Program-made: the position numbers and the translations under genes
Assembly (NCBI GenBank): GCA_013265495.1
Contig: MU058337.1
Coordinates: 1,666,777-1,728,776, forward strand
Source of the DNA: Vicugna vicugna
Taxonomy: Eukaryota
DNA: 62,000 nt
Reading direction: 5' to 3'
In this document: piece by piece, positions 51,966 through 62,000 of the stretch
How the letters are laid out: the number at the start of each line of letters is the position of its first letter
Position numbering within the stretch: position 1 is the stretch's first letter
Notes under the pieces: generated by a model
Database searches by the model: none
What the model saw: the letters and a program-made list of their open reading frames with translations, nothing else
Told to the model about the DNA's origin: nothing

Positions 51966-52846
51966 CAAGTCAATGTCAAATTAGTTTTTGTTTTTAATCA
52001 TACACATGAGAAATCATTTGGAAACCATCTCATGAGAACCAAAGTTAAGGAAAACCTTGCCCTGTTTGCACAAGCGAACGCATATTTATTTAGGATACTA
52101 TACTATAATGGGCTATGTTTTGCTGTGTCTGGGTGGCACAAAGTCTTTTAAGTTTGGTATTTTCTGATTGAAGCCTAAGAGTGACAGTGAGGTCTGTGTT
52201 GTAAGTTGAAGAAATGTTTATTTATCTTGGATTGATTTATCCCAAGAAAGTACTAAAACATATTGAATTGAAGGTTATTCATTTAGTGCTAATAATTTGG
52301 GAACTGACACTTTAGTTTCAGTATTTCAACATGATTAGTTTATAATTCCCATGAAGGGATAGAAATCTTTGGGGTTCTATAATATCTGATAGTTTTTTTG
52401 AAGTCTACACATTTCTATTTACAACAACACCTCAGAACTGTGATTTTCTGCCCATTTTCTGTATCTTTTTTTTCACTTCATGTCTTCTGTCATCTTCCAT
52501 CTCCTCCTACTCCAAGCCTTCTAATCTTCTCTCTTTGCCATTGGGAAGATTATATACATAGTTTTGGTTTTAAGCCATTTCCAATTCTTTGAAAAAGTTA
52601 GGTTACATTGAATAGGAAACATTATACCTAACATATAAAACAAATAGAGTTTATTTAGAGTTTATATATGCTTACTTTTATTATTATTATGATTAAATTC
52701 CATTCCAAAATCAGGAAGACTAATGTCGAAACCAGACATTTAGATAAATCTCTAACTGTGAAAATTCCCCATTCCAAAGTCTACTTAAGACATGGTCCTG
52801 GAAGAGGTAAAGGAGCTCAGTTATGAAGAGAAAACCAAGAGTGTGT

Positions 52847-53231
52847 GTGGATTAGTTTGGGCTGCCGAAGCAAATACCAGACTAAAGACTGAGTGGCTTT
52901 AACAGCAAAAATTCATTTTCTCATAATTCTGGAGTCTCGGTATCTGAGATCAAGATGTCAGCGGGGTTGGTTTCTTCTCGGGTCTCTCTCCTGAGCTTGT
53001 AGATGGCCATCCTCTCCCCGTGTCTTCGCTTGGTTCTCCTTATGTGTCTGTGTGTGTGTCCTAATCTCTTTTTATAAGGACTCCAGTCATACTGGATAAG
53101 GGCCAACCACGTGACCTTAGTTTACCTTAATTACCTCTTTTAAGGCCCCCAAAGTATGATCTTCTGGGGTTCATGGGGGTTTAGGATTTCAACACATAAA
53201 TTTTGGGAGGAACAAAATTCAGTCCAAAACA
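52847..53231 (-). mobile_element. MLT1B-like solo LTR
   Basis: tctgagatcaagatgtcagc...ctgagcttgtagatggccatc...tcctaatctctttttataagga...aattcagtccaaaaca. Confidence 0.88.
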
Positions 53232-53599
53232 GGTGGACTGGGCTTAAAATATTTTACCTGCAGGGAAAACAGTCATCTGAAATGAAGCCTGAGGGACCAG
53301 GATTGTCAGGACAGTTGCCCCACCCTCTTAAACCTTCTGCTGAGATTCAGAAACCAGCAAATCAGGTAATTTCAGTCCATTCTTGAGAAACTTCTGCAGT
53401 GTTTAGAGACCAGAAAATATAAAAAGAAAATTCATTAATAAATGATACTAAGGGATTGATGGCCCTTTGTTAGTGATAATAACAACAATTCATAATCAGT
53501 GAAAACCTTGTTTTCCGTTGCTGGTTTGGCATTGTGTGTGTAGTACCTCGTTATCCACATTCACGTTGTCATTGCTCTCACTTCCCCATGATTCAAGTG

Positions 53600-54445
53600 A
53601 TTTGAGATTTTTTAGGGTATAATGGCACAAAAAAGGAAAAATAATTGTTTTCTAAAATTAAAAATGGTAAGAAGAATGATATTTTTTACATATCAGCACC
53701 TCTCTTTAATGTCAAGAGTACTAAGACTGCTGAATTCTCCTATGTGCTTCTCCTTCATTGATAACGGTATGTTGTCTTGGTTGAAGTGCATTAAGAAAAT
53801 CCAGTCTCACCCAGATGTGGGGTGGGAACAGGAAATTATGGTCAATGGACCTCGATGCTACACCAGACTCAACAGTTGGTCATTACCCGCCATTAACTAC
53901 CTGCTAACAGCTGGTTAGTTTACCACGTGGAACCTGAAGCTGAGTAAATGAACTTCCTGAGAAGCTACATCAGTCTTGTTGTCGATCTGGCACTTTGAAT
54001 GGCTTTTACCCATTTTTAAAGTAAAAGTTGTCTTTCACGAGAAAATTACTGACTAGTTGGGTGCTTTTCCTGGAGACAACCATTGTACTCGGCTCTGCTG
54101 CCGAAGTGCTGCAGAGAATGTCAAAGACTTGTCATCAGAGGATGAGATTTGTAAGGTCAGTAGTTTGTAGTGCTTCATCAAGGGCATCTTGAATGAAACT
54201 GGTGGCTTCCTCTCAGTGTGAGTGCATGGAGGTGAAGAGGAGCTTGCCTGCTAGGGACCATTGGGTCCCCTGGCATGATTCAGGCTAAGGTGACAGCAGT
54301 TCAATCCTCCACTGTTTCTGGTCCATCCATGCAAATGTCAACACAGTGGAAAAGGGAAGTATCTTCATATCATTATGAACCAGTTTTGACCTCCTGGGTC
54401 CCCTGAAAGGATCCCCTGAAAGATGTCTATGGACCAAACTGACTT
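53600..54445. mobile_element. Charlie1-like hAT DNA transposon fragment
   Basis: gaaaatccagtctcacccagatg and the terminal tgcaaatgtcaacacagtggaaaagg...gttttgacctcctgggtcccctgaaagg. Confidence 0.75.
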
Positions 54446-54447
54446 GT

Positions 54448-54670
54448 TTAATGTTGGCTTAGGGAACTGTTCTAAGTGTTGGGACATATATTATGTTACT
54501 GAGGTCTCAGAACAAAGCTGTGAGTCTTCTACTTTTATGATTTCATAGCTGAGGCATGTGAGGCACAGAGAGGTTGCGCCACCTGTCTAAGGTTGCACAG
54601 TGGGAACTGGTCCAGCTGGGATGGGAGCCAGCCTGTCTGGCTCTAGAGGATGTGGTTTTTGCTACTTAGC
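54448..54670 (-). mobile_element. MIR
   Basis: actgttctaagtg...tgaggcacagagaggttgcgccacctgtctaaggttgcacag. Confidence 0.8.
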
Positions 54671-55030
54671 TGGCCTCATCTGGCTGTTACTTATCTCTCA
54701 TTACCTAATATTTAACTATGTTTAATTATGATGAAATAGTCTCTCCATCACAACCCGTATAGGATGACACCTCTTTTTCAAAGAAATGAGAAAGATGTGC
54801 TCACAGGTAGCTCTTAAATGACATTTAGATTTTATAACCAGAGCTACTAAGTTTCACATTCTTAACAGTTAACTACGCTCTTTGTATTAATATATTTAGC
54901 GAGAACATGTGTTGAACCATTTGCTTTGTGGTAAAGCTACTTTTTGAATATATTTACAAACAGATTCATGCAAACCCAGGAAGAAAACTGAACACTGATG
55001 CCACAGAATAATTTAAATTCCTTCGTTCAG

Positions 55031-55063
55031 GTGGAAGGAAAGCTTTTCACTAGGATGTGGAAG
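55031..55063 (+). pseudogene. Fossil micro-exon (weak), possible SH2 part
   Basis: Acceptor ccttcgttcag and donor AAG|gtgcgt. 33 nt, phase 0-0, VEGKLFTRMWK. Confidence 0.3.
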
Positions 55064-56385
55064 GTGCGTAAGGGAAATGAGAATTCTGTTGGAAAGTCTC
55101 CATACAGAGCATCCTTGCAGCAGTGAGTCATATCCAGCACCTTAGCAGTGGAGGTGACAGCCCCAACACATGGTCTCTTAATTACACATTTTGGTCTCTT
55201 TAAGACTTGAAATGGCTTTTTTCTTGGCCATGGACAGTTCTTGAAATCAAAGCGCTCAAGCCCAGATCAGGCGTGTAGAGAGGCCTTTGCTCCTGAGGCC
55301 TTTGCTCCTGAGGGAGGAAGGCGGGCTGAGGAGTTTGTGCTGTTTTGTCCTCTGAGAGCCTCAGGGTGGGGCCCGCTGATCCATAGCTCCGAGGCCCCAG
55401 TGCATCACTGAGGGGCGAGCCTGACCGGGGGGTGCTCTGAGGGCCGGGCAAGAGGGCTTCAGCTGCCCAGGCTCTGGGGAACAACAGCTGCAAATCCTTG
55501 AGCGTTGACGCAGCCTTCGCCCTCCTTTGAGAAGCTCTCTTGCAAGTTGACTGCCTTGGAGGAGTCCTGTGCTGAGGGAGACCTTCGCTTTGAAGATGCA
55601 GCTCGTCCCTTTACGTCAGCCTCTAGGTCCTGCTGCCTGGCAGCTCTGGTTTCCCAACTCCCAGTGAGGACATCCCCTGGAGTGGCTTTCCCACGGGTGC
55701 AGGGTGTGGCCCTGCGTCCCGGGTCCTCCGGTGTTTTCTGTGCATCCCTGACTGCTTCTCGTGTGCCCTCAGGGGCCTGCCAGCAGTCATCAGCTCCTTG
55801 GCTCCTGGCTGCATGGCCTTCTCTGCAGAGTTGGATTATGATGCTGACGTGTGCTCAGCTTTCGTCCAGTCTCAGTCTCCCACTTGCCCATCCTGTCTTG
55901 CAGGTTGCCAGACTCTGACGTGACACTTAGCAAAATACAATATGGCAACCTTTCCTGTTATAAACCCTAGAGGATAATGCCCGTGACTCTCATGTCAGTA
56001 CGTGGCTTTCAGTAGAGACAGAAAACCCTTTCCCCCTTTTCAGTTCTCCTGAGATGAGCATATATCAGGATGTATCTGTCCTCAAGCCGGTCCACGCACA
56101 CGCACGTGCACTCAGCCTCTTGGTCTGTTCCTGTCAGTAACCACAACTCATTGCAGCCATCGCGATTGTACCTTGTGGCCGAGTGCAGTTCCGTGTAGCT
56201 CCCCTTTCACTGTTAAAGGGTGAAAGTAAGATAAAATCCATACACTAGGAACAGAGAAGAACCTCTGATCAGGGAGACTTCATGCAGGTTAGCGTTCTAA
56301 GCAAGAGAAAGGACTTTGTATCAAAACTCCACGGATCTGTCTCCATTGAATCAGGACTCCTTCCTGGCTCTCTTTTTCTCTCTAG

Positions 56386-56455
56386 GACACAAATTCACTT
56401 TTGAATTTTATGAGATGTCAAACTTCCTTGGGAGGTGTGAGAAACAGCTCGAAGG
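56386..56455 (+). pseudogene. Fossil exon (weak), possible SH2 C-terminal helix
   Basis: Strong acceptor ctctttttctctctag; phase 0 gives DTNSLLNFMRCQTSLG. Donor uncertain. Confidence 0.25.
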
Positions 56456-56459
56456 TTTT

Positions 56460-57060
56460 GAGTAAAAGGTTTCAGGCTGTGATTGACACGGCGCGGTGAG
56501 GGCCTGGCTTTCCTGACAAGCTGTAAATTCAGCCGTGAATTACAGTGTACAGGTGCTTCTTAGGATGCTGTGACTGGATAATTTGTGAACATCACAGCTA
56601 TATCAACCGCAGGAGCTTGTGACTGGCCCCAGCGTTGGATGCAGAAGCATCTTTTCTTTGTGAGATGGGCTCCTCCTCTGAGCCCGGGAGACGGGGTGTG
56701 TGTGTGTGTGTGTGGTGGTGACAATGAATTATGGCAGCCAATGGAAGGGGGGATTATGGATTATGCTGAGAAAAAGTGCGACCATCACTCAAACAAGGTT
56801 TGACAGAACCTTCCAATCAAGATTCCACTTCCTGGCCCTGGTGGATTAAGTTAAGGAAAAAAAAAAAGTGCTTGAAGTTCCATTGAGAAGTAAGCCACAT
56901 CTTCATAAATAAACCTTGACAACAAAGGTGCCTGAAAATATACGCTCTTCAAATTTACCGGACGTAAATCACAAGTGAATGTCTCCGGGTGAGCCGCCAT
57001 GTCCTCCCGACGGCCGGTTTTCTTTGTCGATAAGAACTCATTTCTTTCTGTTCTCGTGTT
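56460..57060. promoter_or_regulatory. Candidate enhancer / conserved non-coding element
   Basis: No transposon sequence, retains CpGs. PBX/MEIS-type TGATTGACA at 56480-56488, CATAAA, AACAAAG and GGATTA motifs. Confidence 0.4.
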
Positions 57061-58822
57061 AAATTCAGGCAGTTCTTGCTCATCAGGACCCGAAATAAGG
57101 CTGGGTATCAGATGGAAGAAAGAGACAAAAAGTAACTTTATTAATAATATTAATCTACAAATATTTGTAGGAACCTAGGTTATTTTTGCCATTCATGTGA
57201 CAGTCTAGGCAAAATTCCGTCCCCCCCCCGCCCCCATCCCCAGGTACTGAATTGTATTTGTTATTTCTGTCAGTCCTTTGAAATCTGAGTTAGAACCTTT
57301 AAAGATATTTTCCTATTTCCACTGATACTCAGTTTCAAATTATTCTTATGTTATAGGTGAAAACTTACAATTATTTCTTTGTGATTCTCTTTTTATAATT
57401 GCTTTTCTTTTCCTGGAATCATATCTAGTGGCCTTTATAATAAGCAAAGAAGCAGATATGTTATTACAAAAATATTCCAAGGGCATGATATTAGATGAAT
57501 TCCCCTTTCTACTCCTGAGAGACATAATAACCACATTTGTTCCTGATGATATATAGCCCCCTTATGCATGTCAACAATGTATGTACAACTAATATTTTGT
57601 TTTATTTCTAAATAAAAAGACAAATCACTATACATTTTTACTTAGGTCACTTATAAAAAGTTCACAAAATGCAAGGAAGTAACTAACAAATTAAGTAGAA
57701 ATTTCCACTATTAAGTAGCAAAAAGTCAGGGAAATATGCTAAAACTGTTCATATATTTAAAAAAAAAGTCATTTTTATGTTACTGATTATTTGCACAAGT
57801 TTAGAATAAAATCAAAAGAAACAAGAGAAATAAATGATACGTGATAAAACCAAACTGTTAGAAAGATACTTAGTATTTTTTATTTCTCTCTTGGATTTTT
57901 ATATTAAGAAAATAAAATATGGCTCATAAATTTATTTGCTCTCTTTGTATGCATTATGCTTGATATAAAACAAGTCTGGAAAATAAATGAGGAATATTTA
58001 AAATTAAATTTTAAATATATCAGGGAACATCATTTATGAGGTTAGTACTGCACCATTATCAATTTTCTCTGAGCATTTATTAAAGAGTATCTTTTGTTTT
58101 AATTTGCCGAAGACAAAGCAGTTTAGAGACATTTACAAAGATGAGGAGGGAGCTTCATTTAACCTTCGTCGCTGAGATATTTTATGTGCATGAATTACAA
58201 TATAACAGGGTAATTACCTAGTACCTTTTGTGAAGAAATTCTAATAAAGAAAGAAATTAATTTATACATAATGAAATTCAAGCTCTTCATTTAATTTCTT
58301 ACTGAATTTTTATTATTAAAATGGTTGTAAACTCTTATTTTAGATCACTGGGGAAAGTTTCTAGCTTACCTATAATGTTGAAGAAACTCCATTCTAGAAA
58401 TTTATTTTAAAGCAAATTAATAGCCAAGTTATAGCTGCAAAATGCACTCTTAAAAGTCGTTATGTGCAGTGTGGAGCTGAACTTCATTTTCTCTCCTGGA
58501 GGAATTAGAATTAGGCTCTAGAGTTCACTCCTATATGTCTAATCCTAAGCATTATTTAATCCAAAGGAAGATATTTCCTAGACTCTTCTATTTAATAAAT
58601 ACAAGTTTTTAATCTGTTGCTTAAAACAATAACCCTTGAATTACTTTTAGTTTCATAGGAAATATATATTTCTTTCTGAAAGTGACTGATACAAAAATAA
58701 AGTGAATGCTTTTAGGATTACATCAAAGTTTGGAAACCTCTAATGTTGTTTTGAACTAATGGAAAATACAGCGTATCTACAATAGTTAAGGTTACTCTCG
58801 TGTTTTCTTTTCTTTTCTTAAG

Positions 58823-58975
58823 CTCAGTGAAGAACAGTTAATGTCAGTGGTGTTGGTCGTGTTGGCAACGTGGGCTGCAGTCTCCTTGGAGTAGATGTGA
58901 AACGAAAACTCCTTTAACTCAGGGCTGTAAAGAAGGGAGGTGTGCGCCTCTCTGCTCTCAACACATAGATTTATT
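58823..58975 (+). pseudogene. Fossil kinase exon, subdomains I-III
   Basis: Long polypyrimidine acceptor. GVGRVGNV (58849-58872) fits GxGxxGxV and is followed by LLGVDVKRK (cf. GxxVAVK). In another frame RREVCASLLSTHRFI resembles the alphaC Glu and H-x-x-I. Confidence 0.55.
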
Positions 58976-59417
58976 TCTACCTCCACCCCCACAAGCTTCA
59001 GGAAGGGTGTGAAGAGAAAGGGGATTTTTTATATCAGATACTTCAGAGCAAGCAAGGGAGGCTGAAAATAGCAGCTGAAAAAAAAAAATGTGACAGGTTT
59101 CCCTTAATGAAACATACTTAAAAATAAAATTTCTTCATCAGATTGTTATCCCATACCTATTAATTAAAGCAGAACTTTATATTTATTCAGCGCTAGCAAA
59201 TCTTAGTGTACGTGCAACACGTACATATATTCTGCATCTAAAATATGTAATACTCTAAAGATACAATAAGTTATTTTAATAAGCGTAATAATATATTGTT
59301 TTTCCACTAAACTTCTGTTTTCCAAGGGCTATCATTCACCCCACGTGTGGTTACTACATACAATGCCAAGTATTAAAATAACTGAAAAACTCAGGAAGAT
59401 TTTCTTTTTCCTTCCAG

Positions 59418-60296
59418 GTTTCATTGAGTGTTTTGGCATTGTAAGAGCAGAGCCTTACTGGGAGATGCTAGAAATAATGCTTGGAGTAACACTGTATCTG
59501 ATTAAGGCTTTTCCACACTGTTTCTTCAAATTTGCACAATTAAGAATTTGCATGTATATCCAGAAAAGATGAAAACTCTAATTTGAAATGATACATGTAC
59601 CCCATTGTTCATAGCAGCACTATTTACAATAGCAAGGGCATGGAAGCAACCTAAATGTCTATCAACAGATGACTGGATAAAAAAGATGCAGTGTGTGTAT
59701 ATATATACATATATATATGTATGTATGTGTGTATATATATAGCATATTATATATATATAATGGAATATTACTCCACCATAAAAAAGAATTAATACAATTT
59801 GCAGCAACATGGATGGACCTAGAGGTTATCATACTAAGGGAAGTAAGTCAGACAGAGAAAGACAAATATCATATGATACCACTTATATGTGGAATCTAAA
59901 AAAAAATGATACAAATGAACTTATTTACAAGAATACAGAAATAGGCTCACAGACATAGAAAACAAACTTATGGCTGCCAAAGGGGAAAGCGTGAGTGAGG
60001 AATTAATTAGGAGTTTGGGGTTGGAAGATACACACTACTATATATAAAATAGATAAACAACAAGGACCTACTGTATAGCACAAGGGACTATATTCAGTAC
60101 CTTGAAATAACTTATAATTAAAAAAAATTTGAAAAAGAAAAAAAATATATATCTATATACCTGAATCAGTTTGCCATACACCTGAAACTAACACAACATT
60201 GTAAATCAATCATATTGTAATGAAAAAATAAAGGTCTGCATGGGCTGGAAGCAAAAGAACAAAAGGCAGTAACACTTCCGTAATGTGATAGTCAAT
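59418..60296 (+). pseudogene. Fossil kinase exon, subdomains IV-VIb, split by L1
   Basis: Acceptor tttctttttccttccag. Reads FIECFGIVRAEPYWEMLEIMLGVTLY...FFKFAQLRICM, and after removing the L1 the same frame continues GWKQKNKRQ*HFRNVIVN (cf. HRDLAARNVLV). Confidence 0.6.
59555..60228 (+). mobile_element. 5'-truncated L1 (end of ORF2 and 3' UTR)
   Basis: The peptide FAATWMDLEVIILREVSQTEKDKYHMIPLICGI is the L1 ORF2p C-terminus. 3' end cctgaaactaacacaacattgtaaatcaa. Degenerate TSD taagaatttgcatg / taaaggtctgcatg. Confidence 0.92.
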
Positions 60297-60419
60297 ATTA
60301 AGCCAAATGGTGGTAGAGCTGCTGCAGACATTGTAGGGAAGGCATCTCAAAGGGCTTGAAGGTGGGGTCCTCCTTTCTTGTTCCACTGGGAAACCCATCA
60401 GGCCATGATCCCCAGACAC

Positions 60420-61460
60420 CTCCTTACTAAATCCATTCATGTTTTGAGATCTGTACTTGCTTATATTCACAACAGCATTTGACAGTGCTGATTCTCGCTC
60501 TCTCTCTCTCTCTCAAAGGACTCCTCTCTTCCTCTATCCCTTGGATACCAAGATTCTGTTTTTCTTCTTCCCTTTCTGGGCACTGTTCTTCAATCACCTT
60601 TGTTAATTCCTCTTCCATTTGTACATCTCTTCAGCGCTGGGAATTACCTGATACCTTCTCTGAGTTATCTTCCATTCTCCAGCTACCCTTTCCTCCTAGA
60701 CAATTTATTTGCTTCAGTGAACATCTATATGCAAAAAACTCCCCACTCTAAGCCTTTAGTCCAGATTTTTTTTTTCTGAGTTCTAGACTTCTATGTTCAA
60801 GGATTTACTGAACATCTTGACTTGGATAAATTCCTAAATGTATCATTCCAATGCTTCCTTTCCTCTCTCCCTCACACATTATTGGTCACTTCTTTGTGTT
60901 GATTCTCTCTCTAAAACAATTCTTGAACCATGGCTTTCCATCCCCCTGGACCAGCTGTCAGCAAACTATGACTTGAAGATCAAACTTGGACCACCATCTG
61001 TTTTTGTGAATAAAGTTTTATTGGAACACAGCCATGCCTATTTATTATGTCTTGTCTGTGGCTGTTTCAATGCTATAACTGCCAAGTTGGATTCTGGTGA
61101 CAGAGAATATATGATCCACAGAGCTAAAAATATTTCCTCTTTGGCCCTTTACGGAAAATGTTGGCTGACCTCTGTCATAAGGAATACTCCTACACAGGTC
61201 ACTATAGCAACTCAAACTATTCATCTCAACTTCTAAAGGGACTCCTTGCTTGCTACCTCAAATTGAATTCTGCACTATATAATGAGTCATTATATATAAT
61301 CTAATTCTCATCATGTCACTTCTTATAAGCCCTTCACTGATTCCCATTTCCTTTGGGGAAAAACCCAAATCTTTGTCTGGATCAACAGAACTTTTTATGA
61401 GCTAGTTTTGTCTCTCTCCTTAGCACCCTGTCTTGAGACTCAGTAAATCAGATGACTTTG
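60420..61460 (+). mobile_element. L2 body fragments interrupted by MER58A
   Basis: cagcatttgacagtgctga...catctatatgcaaaaaactccc...tgaacatcttgacttggat. Confidence 0.65.
60952..61174 (+). mobile_element. MER58A hAT-Charlie element
   Basis: gtcagcaaactatg...aataaagttttattggaacacagccatgcc...tggccctttacggaaaatgttggctgacctctg. Confidence 0.88.
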
Positions 61461-61644
61461 AGGTCTTTGCATGCTCCATGTGACTTCAGTACATGTTATT
61501 TTTTATATGTCTGAACATGGCCCCTGGATCAGCTGTCACACTTCAGGGAAACCTCCCATGACCCCTGAGTCTGAGACAGGGTTTCTCCTTTGGTTTTCCC
61601 CTATAGGCTCCTTCCCTCTGAATGAAAAATGCCCTCTCACCACT

Positions 61645-62000
61645 TGTGAAGGTTAATTTTGTGTGTCGACTTGATAGGCCAAGCAGTAGTCTAGAATGCT
61701 GTGATGGTCTATTTTAGATGAGATTAACATGTAAATCAGTAGACTTTGAGTAGAGCAGATTATCCTCCCATGATGTGGGTGAGCCTCATCTAATCAGGTG
61801 AAGGCTTTCAGAAGGAAGCCTGAGACCCCGTACGGCAGAGGGAATCCTGCCTCCGGCCCGTCTGCACACTCAGGCTGCAACATCAGCTCTTCCCTGGGTC
61901 TCCGGCCTGCTGCCTGCCCTGCATGTTTTGGACTGACCAGCCTCTGCAGTCACCTGAGCCAATTTCTTGAAATCAATTGCTGTTTCTTTGTCTATGTATC
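61645..62000 (+). mobile_element. MLT2B-like ERVL LTR (runs off the window)
   Basis: tgtgaaggttaattttgtgtgtcgacttga...gagattaacatgtaaatcagtagactttgagta...cagctcttccctgggtctcc. Confidence 0.88.

Larger units (their letters stand above)
16666..60300 (+). pseudogene. Putative multi-exon unitary pseudogene: RhoGEF(DH)-(PH)-SH2-tyrosine-kinase-like protein
   Basis: About 14 AG/GT-flanked segments in unique sequence, all on the + strand, with several phase-compatible junctions. With frameshift and stop repairs their translations give DH-, SH2- and TK-like motifs in order. Manual inference only; the gene probably continues beyond the window. Confidence 0.55.

Noticed and set aside
55280..55313. 15-bp tandem duplication gaggcctttgctcct
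   Set aside because: Only two copies; ordinary slippage, not an array.
57300..57790. AT-rich stretch that may be an old hAT-type transposon
   Set aside because: I could not match it to a family or find terminal repeats.
59693..59899. 68-aa ORF with a well-conserved peptide
   Set aside because: L1 ORF2p C-terminal remnant, not a host gene.
16666..60300. Naming the fossil as a known gene (VAV, PREX, SYK/FER, OFCC1, WD-repeat pseudogenes)
   Set aside because: The repaired peptides resemble domain consensus patterns only, not any specific protein I recognise; no symbol assigned.
1..62000. CRISPR arrays, rRNA, snoRNA/miRNA genes, operons
   Set aside because: Eukaryotic DNA with no spaced direct-repeat array and no RNA gene that I can support.

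Overview
Mammalian genomic DNA, most likely camelid: it carries five copies of a Vic-1-like tRNA-derived SINE and artiodactyl-type L1 3' ends. Much of the window is interspersed repeat (L1, L2, L3/CR1, MIR, MLT1/MLT2, LTR33, MER2B, MER5A, MER58A, MER63, Charlie1, two ERV1-type solo LTRs with 4-bp TSDs). Repeat names come from remembered consensus sequences, not from a search, and the boundaries of old elements are approximate. I recognise no intact protein-coding gene. A possible last coding exon with a poly(A) signal lies at 564-806. There is a promoter-like CpG-rich patch at 6.4-7.1 kb, a CpG island at 14.2-14.8 kb and several repeat-free, enhancer-like blocks. The main observation is a chain of + strand, splice-flanked, decayed exons from 16666 to about 60300. 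Joined by eye with a few frameshift and stop repairs, they read in order as a RhoGEF (DH)-like domain, a possible PH region, an SH2-like domain and a tyrosine-kinase-like domain, the last split by an L1 insertion. This suggests a fossil (unitary pseudogene) of a DH-PH-SH2-kinase gene that I cannot name. The reconstruction is manual and needs profile and homology searches to confirm.
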